Assembly (NCBI RefSeq): GCF_018977255.1
Contig: NW_024704742.1
Span: 52,144,001 to 52,208,000, forward strand
Direction: 5' to 3'
Length of the DNA: 64,000 nucleotides
Source: Callorhinchus milii
Lineage: Eukaryota
The notes below the pieces were generated by a model, which did not search any database, was not told the DNA's origin, and worked only from the letters and a program-made list of their open reading frames with translations. The first letter of the stretch is position 1, and each line of letters opens with the position of its first letter. Below, piece by piece: positions 1-14,230 of this stretch. The translations under genes were made by a program, and so were the position numbers.

Positions 1-699
1 GGATTCAGCCCACTTGGTTTCTGATAACCCTGCACACCAAAAGCTGACTGGTAGTGTAGGGTCCGAGCAGGACAAACAGTAGGAAGCTTACCAGTGCTCT
101 GAATAGTAAGTTGGATGAGTTTAGCTGGTTACATTCAGCAGTACTTCAATGCTTACTCTAGGTTCCCTAATGCTTAGTTCCTTAGGATTGCTTTGAGACA
201 TCTCAGTGACATGATAAAGCGCAAGATCAAATGTAATAATTATTAACGTAAACGCACATTCCAGACCAATGGAAACCATACTTTTGGAATTCTCAATTAT
301 GGTTTGGAGAATCTTAAACACACTACTGGATTTCTGTGTGTCAAGTGTCTGACGTACCAAAAAGAAATGATAAGAAATAATCCTAGTGTTTGATATAATA
401 ACCTTCTCCCTCCCACCAGCTCAGACACAACCACTGTTAAGCGCTATGAGACGTTGCCCCGCGTGAACTTGTATGATATAAATAAATACTAGTTGTTGTT
501 GCTGTACCTATAATGTCAAAGCGTCTCAAAGCACTTCCCAAGTAATTGCTATCAAGTGCAGTGTATTTGTATATAATTGCACAACCAATTTGTATAGAGC
601 AGTGCTCCACATTCAGCAAATGACCAATATATGGCAGAACAGCAGGAGAAACATTTTATGTAGTTAAGTAGTTTGATAGCATCTTAAACATACACATGA

Positions 700-880
700 A
701 CAGCAGACAGGACCTCAGCAAAATGTTACATCCAAAGGAAAGCATCTCCAACAATGAGCACTTCTCTAGTACTGCACTGGAGTGTTAGCCTAGGTTGTAT
801 TCAATTCACGTCCTGACTTTGAGCTTGAACCAACAACTTTTGGACTTGGAAGCAAGAGTGCTCCCAACTGAACTGACTAA
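700..880 (-). mobile_element. Degenerate DeuSINE-like 5' part
   Basis: AGTACTGCACTGGAGTGTTAGCCTAG is the reverse complement of the region after the head. Confidence 0.55.
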
Positions 881-3176
881 ATGAACAGAAGGAGAGAAAT
901 AAAAACCATTGTGTAAGACTAATATTTTGCAAATGCTTTATTAAACGCTCTGGGACTCTACCCCTCGTGAAGGGCATTATGTAACAACAACAACAACACA
1001 TTACATTTGTATAGCGCCTTTCACATCATGAGGATGTCCCAAGCTGCTGGACAGACAGGGATCCTCACCTGACACTCCAGCAAATGTAAATTGTTGTTGT
1101 TTATTCTTTGCAAAATACTGATGGCAATAATACTTTTTCTTAAATCTTAAGAACAAAATATTATTCTATTAAAAATTCACAATGTTTAACACCAGAGTAA
1201 CAGCATAACAAATATTCCTGTGTAGTTAATGAAAATCCTCTTTCCTACTTTAATATTTTATAAGGAATATTGCAGTAAAACTGCGAATTCAGTACTACTC
1301 AGTTCATAAATGTTTGGAACGTTGCATAATGTCTGTTCCTAATTAGTAAGATACACACAGCGTATGGTATTCCCTTGTAACATTGAGCAAAACAAAACCC
1401 AATACCAGGTCAGTTCCAATCACATGACACAAAACCACTTGAGTTCAAAATATATGATTTTTCTTGCCAGCGCTTGCTGTCCATCATTTTCTGCTCTAAT
1501 TCCCTGTGTGCTGTGAACTAGCATTCCAATGTATGGTGCAGGCCTGCTTCAGGCCCAACCATTCCAACAGAGAAGAGAGAGGCGATTACGCGCCTTTAGT
1601 TATCAACAGGATGGAACTTTTCAATGAGGTGTTCATTAATAATGGCATGAATCAACAAATCATTTTACATAATTTACATTCCATGATTTCAACTGCAATT
1701 GTGCTGTGTGATCTGATGAGCAGTGACATCAGGTTAAAGAATAGCAGATGCTGTGGATACTATAGTCTTGGAACACACCACCCCTCTATTATAGACTATG
1801 CAGGGTACAGAGAGAAAGAAAGATTTTAGTTTGTCTAATTTTCAACGATTGCCTAAAGCTTATTTCTTCACCTGAACCTCTTGCCAGTCCCAATTTTGGC
1901 TACCTGAATTTCTGTATATGAAGCATGACCAACTCAGTTTCCTTTAGTGTTTTTGTGTTCCAATTAACTTGAACATCTGGTATCAATTTCTAGACTGCCA
2001 CAGAAAAAAATATTCTCTTCCTGTCAGGACCATCATGTTTTTTTAAAAAAAAACTCTTTCTGCCTTATGACGTTGAGCCATGTGGCAAATCTCAGAGGCT
2101 GTAATGGCGTCAGTCAGTCAGTCGGTGGTGGTAAGACAGGATCTGGCAGTCACAATGGAACATACAAGCCTCCGCAGCAAAACATGAAGAGGAAAAGCAC
2201 CCATTGGAAAATGTACATATTCTAAAGAGTAAAATATGTCTGGGAATGAGTTCAAGGTTCTAGTGCACTCTTGGGGTTTGGATGATGTTTATAAATTGTT
2301 TCAGCTTTATTCTTGTGGTTTATATCATCTGAATTATTTGCTTCCTTCAGCCTTGTGACACACAGTTTTGCAGTTTACTATATACTAGGAGGCCCTGGGG
2401 TCTAACGTACGCTGATTGCTACAAATAGCAATCTTTTTCACTAAGTCTTTATGGGAAATGCTATTATAAAGACACAGTGAAAAAGGTCACTATTTGTAGA
2501 AATGAACATATGGCTGGAGCACACAGCACACTGATGCAATTTTGCAATGAATCATAATACAATCAACTGAAATGGAAGATTAGGAGTGACCCTTCTTGCG
2601 GCAGTATGTGTAAGCACATCGACTTTATGTCTGTTTAGTTAAATTTCTCAGCACGTAACGTAAAAGAGTGTAAAACTTACCACAACACAGGGCATTTAAA
2701 GCCAGAGGAAGAAGATAACATCCTTATAACTTTTTTTATTGCTTGAACACTCTACCTGGGACCCATCTCCTTCTGGACCAGGCTACAAAGATACATTACA
2801 AAGAGTTGTGTTAGGGTAGTCCTTTTTGTCTTAATGGAAGTGATAGCTTTGGAGAAGTCTTAAGTTTTAAGAAGCCATCGAGAACCACCCATCCTCAGAA
2901 AAGTTCAATAATAATAATAATCCTAACATTTGATCTAGTGTCTTTCAGAGAAGTTCCCAAAGCACGTACTCATCGGGAATGAACCTTTCTTGAGTGAGGC
3001 ATCTCTGGATCAGCTATCAGGCATAACCAAACCACCTGTCACTCTTAAACTGAATCGAATCACTCAGGATACCGCTGATTCCTCCCTGTGATACACATTA
3101 CTGAAGCAGCCTAGTGCAAGATGAGCCAGATTCCAGAAAGGATCTTCAAGCAAGAATTATCTTCAGCAAAAGAACA

Positions 3177-3292
3177 TTTTCTTGATTGAATATTTCTTGA
3201 TTTATAATAGCAACTTGCATTTATATAGTGCTCCTCACGCAGGATCCCAGAGCCATTTATGCCATAAATCAAGAAATATTCAATCAAGAAAA
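3177..3292. repeat. Perfect 29-bp inverted repeat with 58-bp spacer
   Basis: 3177-3205 is the exact reverse complement of 3264-3292. Confidence 0.9.
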
Positions 3293-4754
3293 AATTGAAA
3301 ACATACTAATGATTGAACATGGACTTACGAATGTTCAAGGGACTGCTTCTCATCGGCCCTGCCAGCCATAAATTAGCCACCACTGTTTTAGACTCGAGTT
3401 CCCCTTTTAAATTAGAGTCTAATCTCCATTGCGTAGAAAAATAGTTGTGCAGGCCTCCAGTAGGCATGCATATATTTACCAGATGTATCTATTTATCAAA
3501 ATACGTTAACAATTTTTGAGCAGAGGGTGAATTAATTTGCATTGTCTGTATTAATAATATTAATCCCTGTATTTAATATAACATCCTATCACATAAAAAC
3601 ATGTTAAGCACTTCACAGTAATTTCTGTTAATTCAATACAATTTACATTTATATAGCTCCATTCACAGCGGGAAGATGTCCAAAGGTGCTTGACATTGCT
3701 GGCTGGGCACTGGAGTGGGTTTGGAGGAGGGGTGGAATTGAAGTGTTGTGTGGCTATGAAACAGGCCCTCAGCCTAGCTATGATGTGTATAACATAGGTG
3801 TATTAGTAAAGTATGATTGTTGGTAACACTCAAAACATGCACATCTCAAATTGTCAATGAGACGTGTTTGTTTCGTGGAAAAAGCTCTATATTAGCATTG
3901 CTGGTGCGTTACCTTCAGACACTCACAAAGGTGATGCCTGGTTCTTATATTTCATTCTGCTGTGCGCACTGTTGAGAAAATTAAACCCTTTGTTTAAAAA
4001 TACTTCCAGAACAGAAAGCCTTCATTGTAGCATTGACTTTGTATGAGTTTTCTTTACTGATGGAATCTCAAATAGTGCATGTGACAGAAACTCCAATTAT
4101 GCTGGATTCTGTTTGAGGTTTTTTGGTACGACAGTGGGTACAGTAATAGAATCAGGTTGTCATGTCAGCCTGTTCCATTTCTTCTGGGAGATCCATAAAT
4201 GAATACTCAATGTTGTGTGAAGATGTATTCTCTCATCTTCTCTCTGTGAAGATAGTGGTGGTGGTGGTGGTGGTGCAGACGTAAATCCTAAAGTCTAAGA
4301 CAATTTGAGTCTACACCACAACAGAAAACATTTCATAAACTGTACATGGTTTGTTTGTGCCAAGATCCACTTAGCCTTTTCAAGTCTTTACATCAACAAG
4401 TTGTATCTCTGAACCAACCACATCATTCTGAGTTTGCAGATTTATAACAGTATGAAATGTCTACAAATCAATCAGTTTGATTTTTTACAATACTGTTGGC
4501 AAGGATTTCAGTACTGAATACTTTTACTTTGATTTCTTCTGACACGATTGTTATTTTTGGATTGAACAATGTACATGAATATAATTTGAATCACTCAAAA
4601 TAGACATGTGATCTAAAATGCTGATTGGCAAAATTATTTGTGGATTCAATTAGACAATCCACTATAATTGTGCTTTGTATAAATGATGGCTTGATTTTAA
4701 TAGTGTTAATGTTTTACTACACTGAGACACAGCTGTACAGAAAACCTTTCTTGT

Positions 4755-5400
4755 AGAATTATAGAAATTTATAGTACAGAAGAAAAACATTGTGTACTCC
4801 TGACGAGAAAGGCACTTTATAAATATAAATTTGTATTGTATTGTTGGTGCTGGCTTTTTAAAAAGGCAATCCGTTCAGTCCCATTTACCTGCCTTTTCCC
4901 AAACACCTGAAAATTATGCCTTTTTAGAGATCTAGTTTCCTCTTGAAAGCCAAATGGATTTTGCCTCAACCACCAGCAGGATACTACATTCTAACACGTA
5001 TCCCTGAATAAAAAAAAATCCTCCAAATCAACCCTTTTGCTGCTGACATTTAAATTGATGCCATCAAATCAGTGTTTCCCTGACCAGTAGAAATAATTTC
5101 TTCCTCTCCAGTATACCAGAACTCCTCATAAAGGCCTCTATCAAATCTCCCTTCAACCTCATCAGTTCCAGTGAAAGTAAACCCAATTCCCCCAGTCTCT
5201 GCTCATAGGTATCATCTGAGTAGATTTGTTCTGTACCCTTGCAATGGCTCTGACATTCTTCCTATAATGGGGGGGGGGGGGGGGACCCAAAACTACACAC
5301 TGTATTCAAACTGCAGTCTAATTAACAAGTTTAATGCATTACTACTTTTATTATAAATCTTTGGCCTTATTGCAATTTTACATATTTTACTAAAAAATAA
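4755..5400 (-). mobile_element. Degenerate CR1-like LINE 3' region
   Basis: Reverse-complement CR1 motifs (CCTCTTGAAAGC..GCCTCAACCACC; ACCCAAAACTACACACTGTATTC). Confidence 0.55.
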
Positions 5401-6879
5401 TCACCTAGATTTCCTTTCACTTTTCTCATCCCTGTAAACGTTTAAACAGGTGAATAAGTTTGTACGAACAAATCCATGCTCCCTAAAATCCAACATAGAC
5501 CTGCAGCATCCAAGATCAGGTTCCAAACATTTGTAGGATCCACCTGCAGCCTGAACGGTTATTTTCCTAAGAAGGTCTATGAATAGTGTGTGGGGGGGAG
5601 CTTGACCATACTTACCTTCAAAAATGTGTCAATAATTTAATTGGAAAAAGATTTCAAATTAAATTGCCCTTCAGAAATGGTGCACTAGAAGTTCTTCCTC
5701 ATTCAAAAGTAAGCTGCTTGAGTATAAAATGGCTTAATCTGTACATGGGAGTCTGGCATTCAAAATAAATCGTCAGCCCTTAAAGTTTTTAATGCTAATA
5801 GAGTAATGTGTACCTTGGTTTTTTAATAAACTTTAAAATAAATAAACTACTTTCAGAACTGATTAATAGAGGAGCATTGTCATGCTCACAGGTTCCCCTT
5901 TATTTGACTTAGTCAGGGGTGAGAATGATTTGGAGTTGGCAGCATAACTACAGATCTGGCCTCTGCAGGCTAGGCATTGGTATGTTGGGATATAACTGCA
6001 GCACATGTTCAAAACATTTTAAAGTGATTTCCCACTTTGGGTTAAAGGTATACTAATTGCAAGGAGGTGTGAGAGGCCTCTTAATTTCACTGGATTTGAA
6101 CAATTTATACTGCAGATTTATTGGGTACGAAAACTCCCTATGCAAAATCTGCGATATACCTGACCCGAGAAGATAGTCTTCAAGTTTACTATAGCTTTAA
6201 GGTCCAGGACCCATTTGTTAGAGATGTATGTGTCGACTAGGACTGGCAATTGCAGAAACCAGCTGTTAACGATTTGTGACTTGTCTGGAGGAATTACTTT
6301 GCAGTTATTCAAGAGGAATACTTAAGAAATTATACAGTGCTCTTTGAGACTGCTTGGACAAAAGAGGTTCAACTACAATTGACTTGACATGACGGGGAGG
6401 AGCCAGTTAGTATCTTGTACAATGTATACAATACTGAACTGTGTTTAACTGTTCGAAAGGAGCTGAACTGTATTGAGAATGCAGTGGTAAACTAAAATGC
6501 TGCAGTAATTGCAGGTCGTGACAGATTCCCCTTTTTCGGTTTATCTATGATTTTAAATAATCGAATTACTATTTATTGTCGATCAAATGAGTGATTTGAA
6601 AGTTGGCCCATGTGGGCTGTTCACCGCTTTAAAAAAAAGTGTTCTCTTTTTACAGAGTCGATTACTGCATTAAAGTTGGATATTGTTTTTATGTACATTC
6701 ATTCGAAGCAATTGCAGCAGAAATCGTGGATCACAAAGATCCATTATTATTATTATTATTATTCACGTGCATTCAAACACCACTTTGGAAATAACCACAA
6801 TTCAATGGAAAATAGGGTCCATTCTTGGGAACGAGACAATTCACTCTGGAAAACGGGAGCAGACAGACAGATCCATTCA

Positions 6880-7270
6880 CAGCTCCGGGCTCTCAGGAGA
6901 GAGTTACACCGACACAACCGGTACTAAATTTTCGGGTGGACAACACAGGACTGTTTCGGTTTTGAAAATGCAGGGGAACTGAACGGGACGGTAGTGTTTG
7001 GAGGATATTGTGGAAGGAGCTGTGGATGATTTGAGGGCAGTGAGTGAGTAAGTGGGTGGGTGAGTGAATGAGTGGGTGAGTGAGTGAGTGGGTGGTCGGA
7101 GCTGTTGCAAAGGACCTCTCTCCCTCTCCCTCTCCCCCTCTTGCAGCTGAAGCTGAACATTGAAGGCTTCCAGTCTCCAGCAGCAGCAGCAGCAGCTCAC
7201 TTCATTTCTCACATGAGTGCCCTTCTTTAGCCCCTTTTCTCTCTCGCACTTTATATCGGCTTCATTACAC
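6880..7270 (-). promoter_or_regulatory. Putative promoter / non-coding first exon of a minus-strand gene continuing left of the window (LNX1 expected by synteny)
   Basis: TATAAA on the minus strand at 7250-7255, local CpG enrichment, (CTG)n and (CACT)n simple repeats typical of 5' UTRs. No LNX1 coding exon was recognised in 1-6900. Confidence 0.3.
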
Positions 7271-8557
7271 GACCGATTCATTTGTAATGTAAATTCCGAA
7301 ACTTAGGAAAGTTTTCCTTCGCCCTTGTCTGAAAGAATACCAAGAGGTATTCAATACGTATTAACACAAATCAGTGGTAACAGTAAAGCAAATCTCCTTA
7401 GCAACATAATTTTGATTGCAAAAGGAAAGGCTCAGTGTCACGGCGAGAGCATTTAGGATCCAGCAGCCCACATGGAATGGGCATTTATCTGCGAGAATGC
7501 AGCACAATACCTGGGCTGGCAGACAGACTATGAAAAATTCAAAATTAACTCACACAGAATTGTTACTCTTTTTCACACGTTAGACAATCGGCTACATTAA
7601 ATCGATCGTCCACTTTTCTTCTCAGCAACATTACACCACACCACACACACCCGGTTAACTGGGAGCTAAGCAACATCATGAATATGCCACACAGCTCCCC
7701 CCCCCACCCACACATACACACACACTCCTCTCCTTTCGTTTGATTTTTAGAAGGATTGGGGCTAAAAGGACATTTATTTGAAGGATAAAATCTTAACAGA
7801 GGCTTTAACGAGGGACAATGAGCCATTATGAAACAATTTTGAGATTTAGGTTCGTTTAGCACAGCTAATGTTAACGGTACTGCTAAATGCCAGCTCATGG
7901 TAAAGGAGAGACATCCTGTATCTTAATCAGTTTTGCTGACAGCTTCAGAAAGTTGTTGTCAATATTGCTGGGCAGTGTGGCCCTCTGTATCTCCCTCAAC
8001 ACACTCTTGTTTTTTCAACATCTAAGTCTTTCAGTGTTTCCCATTGCAGTTTGTAAAAGGCGAGACGACAGTTAAACACCATCGCTGTCTTGTTTACAGC
8101 ACTGGAGAAGCAGAGGGGATGGTGTTTGGCTGAAATTCTCCTTCGTTTGCTTAAAATGTTAGAACCCACATTGCTGAGGGTCTGCTGGAAACTGAAGCCA
8201 AACGTGACTCTCAGTATGTCGAGGCTACATTTTACCTGTTACATAGTCCAGCTAACATTTGTTGTGCATATTGCAATACACGTAAAATTCTGCTTGCTGG
8301 TGTCCTGGTGCAGTTTGATGTTAGTAAAGAAGGAATCACTGTCGAGCCCTTACACACGCTGAAGAGCGTTCCAGGAGAGGGCTTGGGCGCACTATTTAGA
8401 ATGATTTTTTGCAGCAGTTGTAATACTTAAGACTGAATACACATCAAATAAAGTGTCAAGGCAATCTGTGGAAGTTGTCTCACACCTAAAGATGATCCAG
8501 TACACACTGCACTTTTTGTGTTCTTTTAAAATTAGCTGCAGTACAAAGTCAATTTAC

Positions 8558-8868
8558 GTGGAGTCCTGTAGCTCAGTGTTTAGAGCACTCGCTTTACAAA
8601 CGAGAGACCTGGGTTTGATTCCTGGCAGGGTGAAACCTTGGGCAAGTTTCCTTACTCCACACGCCTAATAATATTCCCTCAAGAAAATAAAACAATAATA
8701 AATTGGTCACTTCAATCCACTGTGGGACACTGCTGTGCGCAATTGGCTGCCGCGTTTCACTCACAACTATACAGTCAATTCACTTTACAGTATATTCTTT
8801 GAAGCACTTTGAGACGTCGAGAAGACGTGAAAAGCGCTATATCACATGCAAGGATTATTATTATTATT
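8558..8868 (+). mobile_element. Full-length copy of the same tRNA-derived SINE
   Basis: Colinear with 32258-32598. Confidence 0.9.
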
Positions 8869-9349
8869 TTGAACCGCTCACACTAATAGAAACTACTGTA
8901 TCTCTTGGGTTTTTCAGATACAGCACTGCAGTCTTATCAGGTTAAATGGGTTGTACCTGCAAACTGAATCTGGCAAGAACTGAAGTTCCTCTTCAGGAGA
9001 ATCTAACTTACTTCAGCATCAATTTAGAAATTTCTCCTTTCAACTACAATACTAAGATTTATGGGTTTATACCAATGAGGATCCATAGTAGTTAGTCAGT
9101 ATTAATTTCTTAGACTTGGAACAATGATCAATTCTGATATTTTTCCTTTTCAGGAATTTCTCTAAGAGAAATGTTGTTTCTACAACAAATTACATTTGTA
9201 TATCTGGCACCTTTCACATCAAGAGGATGTCCCAAGGGTACTAAACTTCAATCAATCGAGAACATAGGAATACTGTATTTTGTTTAAATAAATAATGAAT
9301 CTAGAAAGCTCTGTGCTTGAACACAATGAACAATCCTCATCAACGTTGG

Positions 9350-10100
9350 AGTGTCTGCCTGACTAAATTGGTAGCACCCACAGCTTTGAGACACAACTCA
9401 AAAGGTTGTGGCTTTCGGCCCCAAGCAGAACTTCAGTTTATGTTCAGGCTGACATTGTGGTGCAGGAGGGGGCATCTTTCTGCTAAGGCAATTAAACCAA
9501 GGCCCAAGTGCCTATTTTGAGGTACTGTAGAATTCAGACAATATTCACATTATTTATTATTTATTCCAGTGTCCTGGCTAACAATCTTAGAAATTAATTG
9601 GTCATCCATCTCAGTGTGCAAGACCTTGCTAGTATAAACAGCAATCACATTTGCCTACAAAACAAAGTATTACACTTGACAGCAATTAATTACACTTGTT
9701 TCAAGTTAGTACTTTCATTTCAGTGATCTGCCACTACAATCACTGAAAAAAATATTGCAACAAAACAGCTTGGCTCATTTGGTGGCAATCTTTTCTGAGT
9801 CAGAAGGTTGTAGGTGCAAGCTCCAGAGTTGATTTTATATTGACAGTTCAGATGAGTGTTCAAACCAAGGTCCCATTTGCCTGCTCAGGCGGATGTTAAG
9901 GAGCCATTCTACTATTGGAAAAGTAGTTTCTCCCAGTGCCTGCCCAGTATTCTTTTAGAGAAAAAACATGGGTCATTCATTCATGGTTGGCTGTAAAACT
10001 AGGCTTGTGGGCAAATTGTTCATTTACAACTGCAGTCTGTGGAAAACCTTGTGAAGCGCTTTGAGATATTTGTATGTGACTAGACAATTGCAAGTATTAT
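9350..10100 (+). mobile_element. Two degenerate DeuSINE-like copies (~9350-9670 and ~9767-10100)
   Basis: TCTGAGTCAGAAGGTTGTAGG head and AAACCAAGG..CCC...CAGGCGGATGT core. Confidence 0.65.
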
Positions 10101-11149
10101 CCAGTTTTAAACCAAAAGCATCAGTTTGTGTATATATACAGCCATTAATTTTCCACCTATATCTGAACAAAATTAGTTTAATTGAACATTATGGCTTCTT
10201 CTTGTCCCCACTACATTCATAAAATTACAAGAATATGGTTTCAGTCATATTGAACATTTAGATGTGAAGCAAATAGTTTCAATATACAGCTTCCACTGAG
10301 ACGCAGATACAAGGTTTGATATTTTAATATTTGTGAATATTTATAACAAATCTCAACATTTCCAGTCATGGGTCAGGTTCCCTGATGAACTATAACAAAA
10401 ATGTTACACACTGAAGGATTACAAATATACAGCACATTATAGTCTTTCAAGGTTTACTGCAATTATATAAAGCCTACACAGTAAAAGATGACTATATAGA
10501 TTTAACTCAACTGGAAAGCCAGTCTTCTGGGCCCTGTGAAATGATCATTCCTGGCACAGTACTGGACTTTTGGATAACTGTTTTGCAGTGTAACTGGTAC
10601 AACACAGCCTTTATACAGAGATCGATGAGGGATCAAGTTTGGGACTCCCAATTATTATTTCCTTCATATTTCAACTCAAATCAATCCAAACTATTCAGTA
10701 CTTCAGGTACACTAGTAACCCTTCTACATTTCATGTTTTGATTGTCCTATTACCAGGAAGATGAGCTAGTCTGTGCCTCAGGTCTCTCCAGGACTGAACT
10801 GCTAATAGGCGGTGCCTGCAGCAGGTGAGTTAGGAAACAGGACATTTTCCCACTCCTTTCCTCCCTTCCCACTTCCTATGTGGATATTCTAACACCTATA
10901 GGTGCAGTGGAAATGATTTTCTGTATGTAATTTGTTGCAATTACTAAGGCTGACTAAAGCGAAGTTCCCATTCACTATAAACTGGGAGATGTTCTACCAC
11001 CTAAACTACCGAGTCACAAGAAATCTACATTCATATTTAAAATAAAGTGGCATTCATATTGCAATATTATGTGTAATCAGTCTCGGTTTCTGAATTGCGA
11101 TCTCAGATCTTAGTCTTCTGCTTGAATAGGGCTCATTTACAAAACTGCT

Positions 11150-13412
11150 TTCTCTGTGTACAATGCCTCTAGGAGTTTTATTTGTGGTCAAAAAAACAAG
11201 TGGACTTGGCTGTAAATGATCCATAAACACAAAAACTTTGATATAAATCCAACAAATATGGCGTAAACACCAGAAACTGAACATACAACCAGTGCAAAGG
11301 GGAACAACTGCTGACACATTAGCAGAGAACTTATTGCTTACATAATAGCTATTAAATCAATACAGATGCCTTGCATTCTAATTTGGTTATCAGCAAACCA
11401 AATTCCTCATATTTTTTACTATTTACGGTTTGCGACTGAGTTCACAATATTCCTGGCCTGTGAATTACACGGCCAAAAAAAGTTTAGTGAGCTAAATGGC
11501 TGTCTTTTTCCTAGACTTTGACGACCCTGGATTTGCAGTCTGTAAAACTCAAAGTTACAAGCAATTCACAAAAACATCTTTGCCAATATCTCAAATTCAG
11601 ACCCTAAGGTGACAGCATATTCTGCAAAATTCTTGACAAGAAAAAACTATCGGTGGTATAGATCACATTCAACAAATGAAAGAAGGAATTAGGCAAGTTT
11701 TATATAAGTAATTATTAAAAAAAATTACTTTAGCTACACCTTTGGTCTATTAGATTAACAACTACACAAATTGAATCAAAGGGCTGATTTTTTCCCACCC
11801 ACTATTGTACAGTTAACTTAAATAGAGGGCTGTCTAACCAGAATCAGCAGAAATGCAAGATGCAAATTCTAACTGGCTCCCTTCCCTCAACTTATTTTAT
11901 AAACACACTGATTTGGATAGTAATACCATTCCTACTGTAAAATGCAAAATTAATTACAAGACTGCTGAATTGCAAAACAGGCTTGATAAGTTGCAGAATT
12001 TGTGCTCGAGATCAAACACATCTGAATAAAATAATCTTCATACATTCAAAAAACTAAACTTCGTTGATGGGCCCCAGAAAGAAATGCAAGAAAACACTAA
12101 TTGTGAAAGATTCTCAGCATAAGAAATGAGCAGTAACCAGGGCAATATATTTTATAGATAATTCCCATTGCTCCTGATAAGGTATTTTACATTTTCCCTT
12201 TAAATCTCAAAGATCAGCTCCTGTGAATTGATAACTTTCAAATATCTGACCACATTTTTAAAAAAAGAAAAAAAATTGCCTATACACAATTATTTCTGCT
12301 TCTAGTATACATTAAAGTGTTGAAATGGACAGCAGTGCCTGTTTGAATACACTGACGATCATAGGCCACACTTTCAGAGGTGCAGTATGGAACAAAAGAA
12401 TTTGGCCTGACCCAAAGAATTAATACAATATACAACATGTTGCATGATGAACTGTCACTGTAACATCTATACAGCAAAAAAACTAATACATCTATATGTA
12501 AACCTAAAGTAGGCAGACAGATCAGTAAACAAATGAAGTAACAGAATGTATAAAAAGCCATCATCAATTATGGCATCTACCTGAATAAGGTATTCATTTA
12601 TGCTTGCAGAACTAGTGCATTTTCCATGGTCCCCAGTCTCATTAACCATCCAATGTATGCAAAACCTTCACCAGATTTTGCTACAGTATTCAAAGTGATT
12701 TGTTCAAGTTGTACAATTAGGACTTGAGTACAGCCAGTTGACAAGGGTTTCTTCAATCAGGTTTCTTCATGTACATGAATGCAGTGACTTCAGTTGTCAC
12801 AATAGAATTTATGTTCCTGAATCTGTGCAAAGAAAGTCTCAGTCCAAGGAAAAGGGTAAACAGAAAACAAAATTAAGAAGGATGGTACACTATTGTGCAT
12901 GACAAAAGGCGACACACAGAGTACAAAAATAGACTTTTGTTTTCCTCTATAGGTATTGGTTGGAAAATGTAACACAAACTCACAATGATTCTTCCAATAA
13001 ATTCAACCAGCAATATTAGCCTTTTATCAAAAAATCTCTTAAAAACATGTGTAGGATAAGTCATTGGCTATTAAAATCATTTTATACACAATTTTACTGA
13101 AATTTGCTTAATCTATTGTGCATAAGAGGAAATATGCATCAGGAAACTAAAACAAACAAGGATGATGGGTAGGAGGGAAGGATGCGTGGATAGGTCACAA
13201 AAGTTTGGAATGTAAGCGGTATGACAAATGCAGAAAAAACTAATATGGGGCAGGAGTGTGTGGACAAACCATTATACGGATAGAGAGTGAAGAACTGTAG
13301 GCAAGAACATAAGGATCTGTCAGACTGACAAATCTTCACCAGGAGAGTACCAAGCAAGGCACCATTGGAAGGACAACACACTTGGACAAGTCTTTGAAAA
13401 CAAAATTCCATG
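11150..13412 (-). other. CHIC2: Probable long CHIC2 3' UTR, with a candidate poly(A) signal AATAAA at 11177-11182 (minus strand)
   Basis: AT-rich stretch with no recognisable repeats directly after the stop codon. The 3' boundary is a guess. Confidence 0.4.
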
Positions 13413-13463
13413 TTAATCTGGTCGAAATATTGGTGTCTTCGGTAAAAATTCTATTAAGATGAC
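13413..13463 (-). CDS. CHIC2: CHIC2 coding exon 6 (VILIEFLPKTPIFRPD-stop)
   Basis: Acceptor ttttcag| and TAA at 13413-13415. The six exons sum to 498 nt = 165 aa + stop. Confidence 0.96.
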   Translation of the reverse strand, partial: VILIEFLPKTPIFRPD

Positions 13464-13579
13464 CTGAAAAAAGCAATCAAACAAAATGATTATGATTAAG
13501 ATTACATGTAATCCTCTTACAGTAGATCCTGCCTAACATTAAATTCTACTGTTTTAATAAGCAGAAAAGCTTTCCTTTC

Positions 13580-14230
13580 TCCCTCATATCTGGTCCCTCA
13601 CCAAGACCCTTCCATCATTCTGCCAAATTGCCCACCTCCACCCCAAACTGCCCATCTCACACCAAATGCTGCTGAAGCATTCATTCACACATTTGTTAAA
13701 TCCTGCTTAGACTTTTCCAACATACTCATCTCTGGTCTCCTTAGCTTCACGATTTACAAGCTGCAGCTCATCCAAAACTACTAGATATTATGTGAAGAGC
13801 ACTTTTAGTGCAAGCTGTTGTTGAAAGAAGGCCAATATTCAACAACTAGTCACAAACATTTTAGAGCAACAATATTTTTTTTGCAACATATCCCATCTTA
13901 AAAAGCTTTGTTATGGTATAGCTTTCCTTATAGTACAATACAATGGCACCTGTAGCACCTTTCACTTTCGGATTCATACGGTGCCCATGCCAGCAGTGGA
14001 AATAACAACAAATTACAGTTGTATAGCGCCTTTCACGTCAGGAGGACGTTCCCAGGCTCTGGACTGTCAGGGATCTGCACCCGAGCTGGTGGTTGGGTTC
14101 AGGAGAGGTGGGTGGGGTAAAAGTGGAGAGTAGAGGATAGGGTTGGGTGCATTTTGGGGGAAGCAGCTCGGGTCGGGAGTGGCAGCCAAAATGCACACGC
14201 CGAGACTAAGAGTGAACAGCAGGTGGACTC
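13580..14230. mobile_element. L2 fragments in CHIC2 intron 5 (+ 13580-13780; - tail 14003-14230)
   Basis: Similar to 49020-49190 and to the L2 tail. Confidence 0.65.

Noticed and set aside
2070..2100. ICH-like codons on the minus strand suggesting the LNX1 RING exon
   Set aside because: It reads EICHMA, and the surrounding RING cysteines are missing.
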